This document shows, one piece after another, positions 63,673 through 64,000 of a stretch of 64,000 nt of DNA. The notes beneath the pieces were generated by a model. The model had not been told where the DNA came from. It ran no database searches and saw only the letters and a program-made list of their open reading frames with translations. Made by a program: the position numbers and the translations under genes. The stretch is from Podarcis liolepis (lineage: Eukaryota): the NCBI GenBank assembly GCA_965112155.1, contig OZ218102.1; one strand, 5' to 3'. Numbering within the stretch: the first letter of the stretch is position 1; every line of letters begins with the position of its first letter.

Positions 63673-64000
63673 CTGGCAGGACACAGTACTGTCAGGTTCA
63701 CTCCCTGGCAGAGCCAGTCTCATGGGCTGCCCTCACCACCACTTTCCATACAGATCTGAGCAGACCACTGAGCAGAACATCACATAATCCAATGGGCATA
63801 AGGGAGCAGCGCTGGTATATTATCAAAAGGCTGAGACAGGTTTTTTGGTATGCTTTAGCGGGAGTTGCACAACTGCAGCTCTTCAGATGCTGCTGGACTA
63901 CCACTCTCATCAGTCCTGACCATTGGCCATGCTGGCTGGGACTGATGGGAATTGGGAGTCCAACATATGAAGGACTGCAGCTTAGCATTAGCATTTCATA

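Noticed and set aside
63673-63706. Alternative upstream acceptor for the prominin exon (start at 63704)
   Set aside because: It would give a 113-nt exon with the wrong entry phase; the 81-nt form matches prominin exon structure.

Overview
Eukaryotic genomic DNA from a squamate reptile, most likely a lacertid lizard (inferred from Sauria SINEs, BovB and lizard-type MITEs). It contains three protein-coding genes. (1) ARMH3/C10orf76 on the minus strand: a probable non-coding exon 1 in a CpG island near 46.1 kb and 19 GT-AG coding exons from 37192 down to 4828 (1498 nt, about 499 codons). Its 3' end runs off the left edge. (2) Intronless HPS6 on the plus strand (48983-51430, 815 aa), divergent from ARMH3. 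(3) The last six coding exons of a prominin-family gene on the minus strand (63672 to 58854, probably prominin-3), convergent with HPS6 and almost invisible in the ORF track. The rest is intron or intergenic DNA rich in SINEs, LINE fragments (L1, BovB, CR1, L2, RTEX-like) and hAT and Tc1/mariner MITEs, several of them nested. The most unusual structures are a Tc2-type MITE carrying a GC-rich 148-bp array of alternating inverted arms with flipped spacers, a Sauria SINE with a twin-priming-like 5' inversion, a uORF whose stop overlaps the HPS6 start, and a candidate poison exon in ARMH3. I see no convincing new multi-gene system. Gene and repeat identities come from recalled sequences, not database searches.
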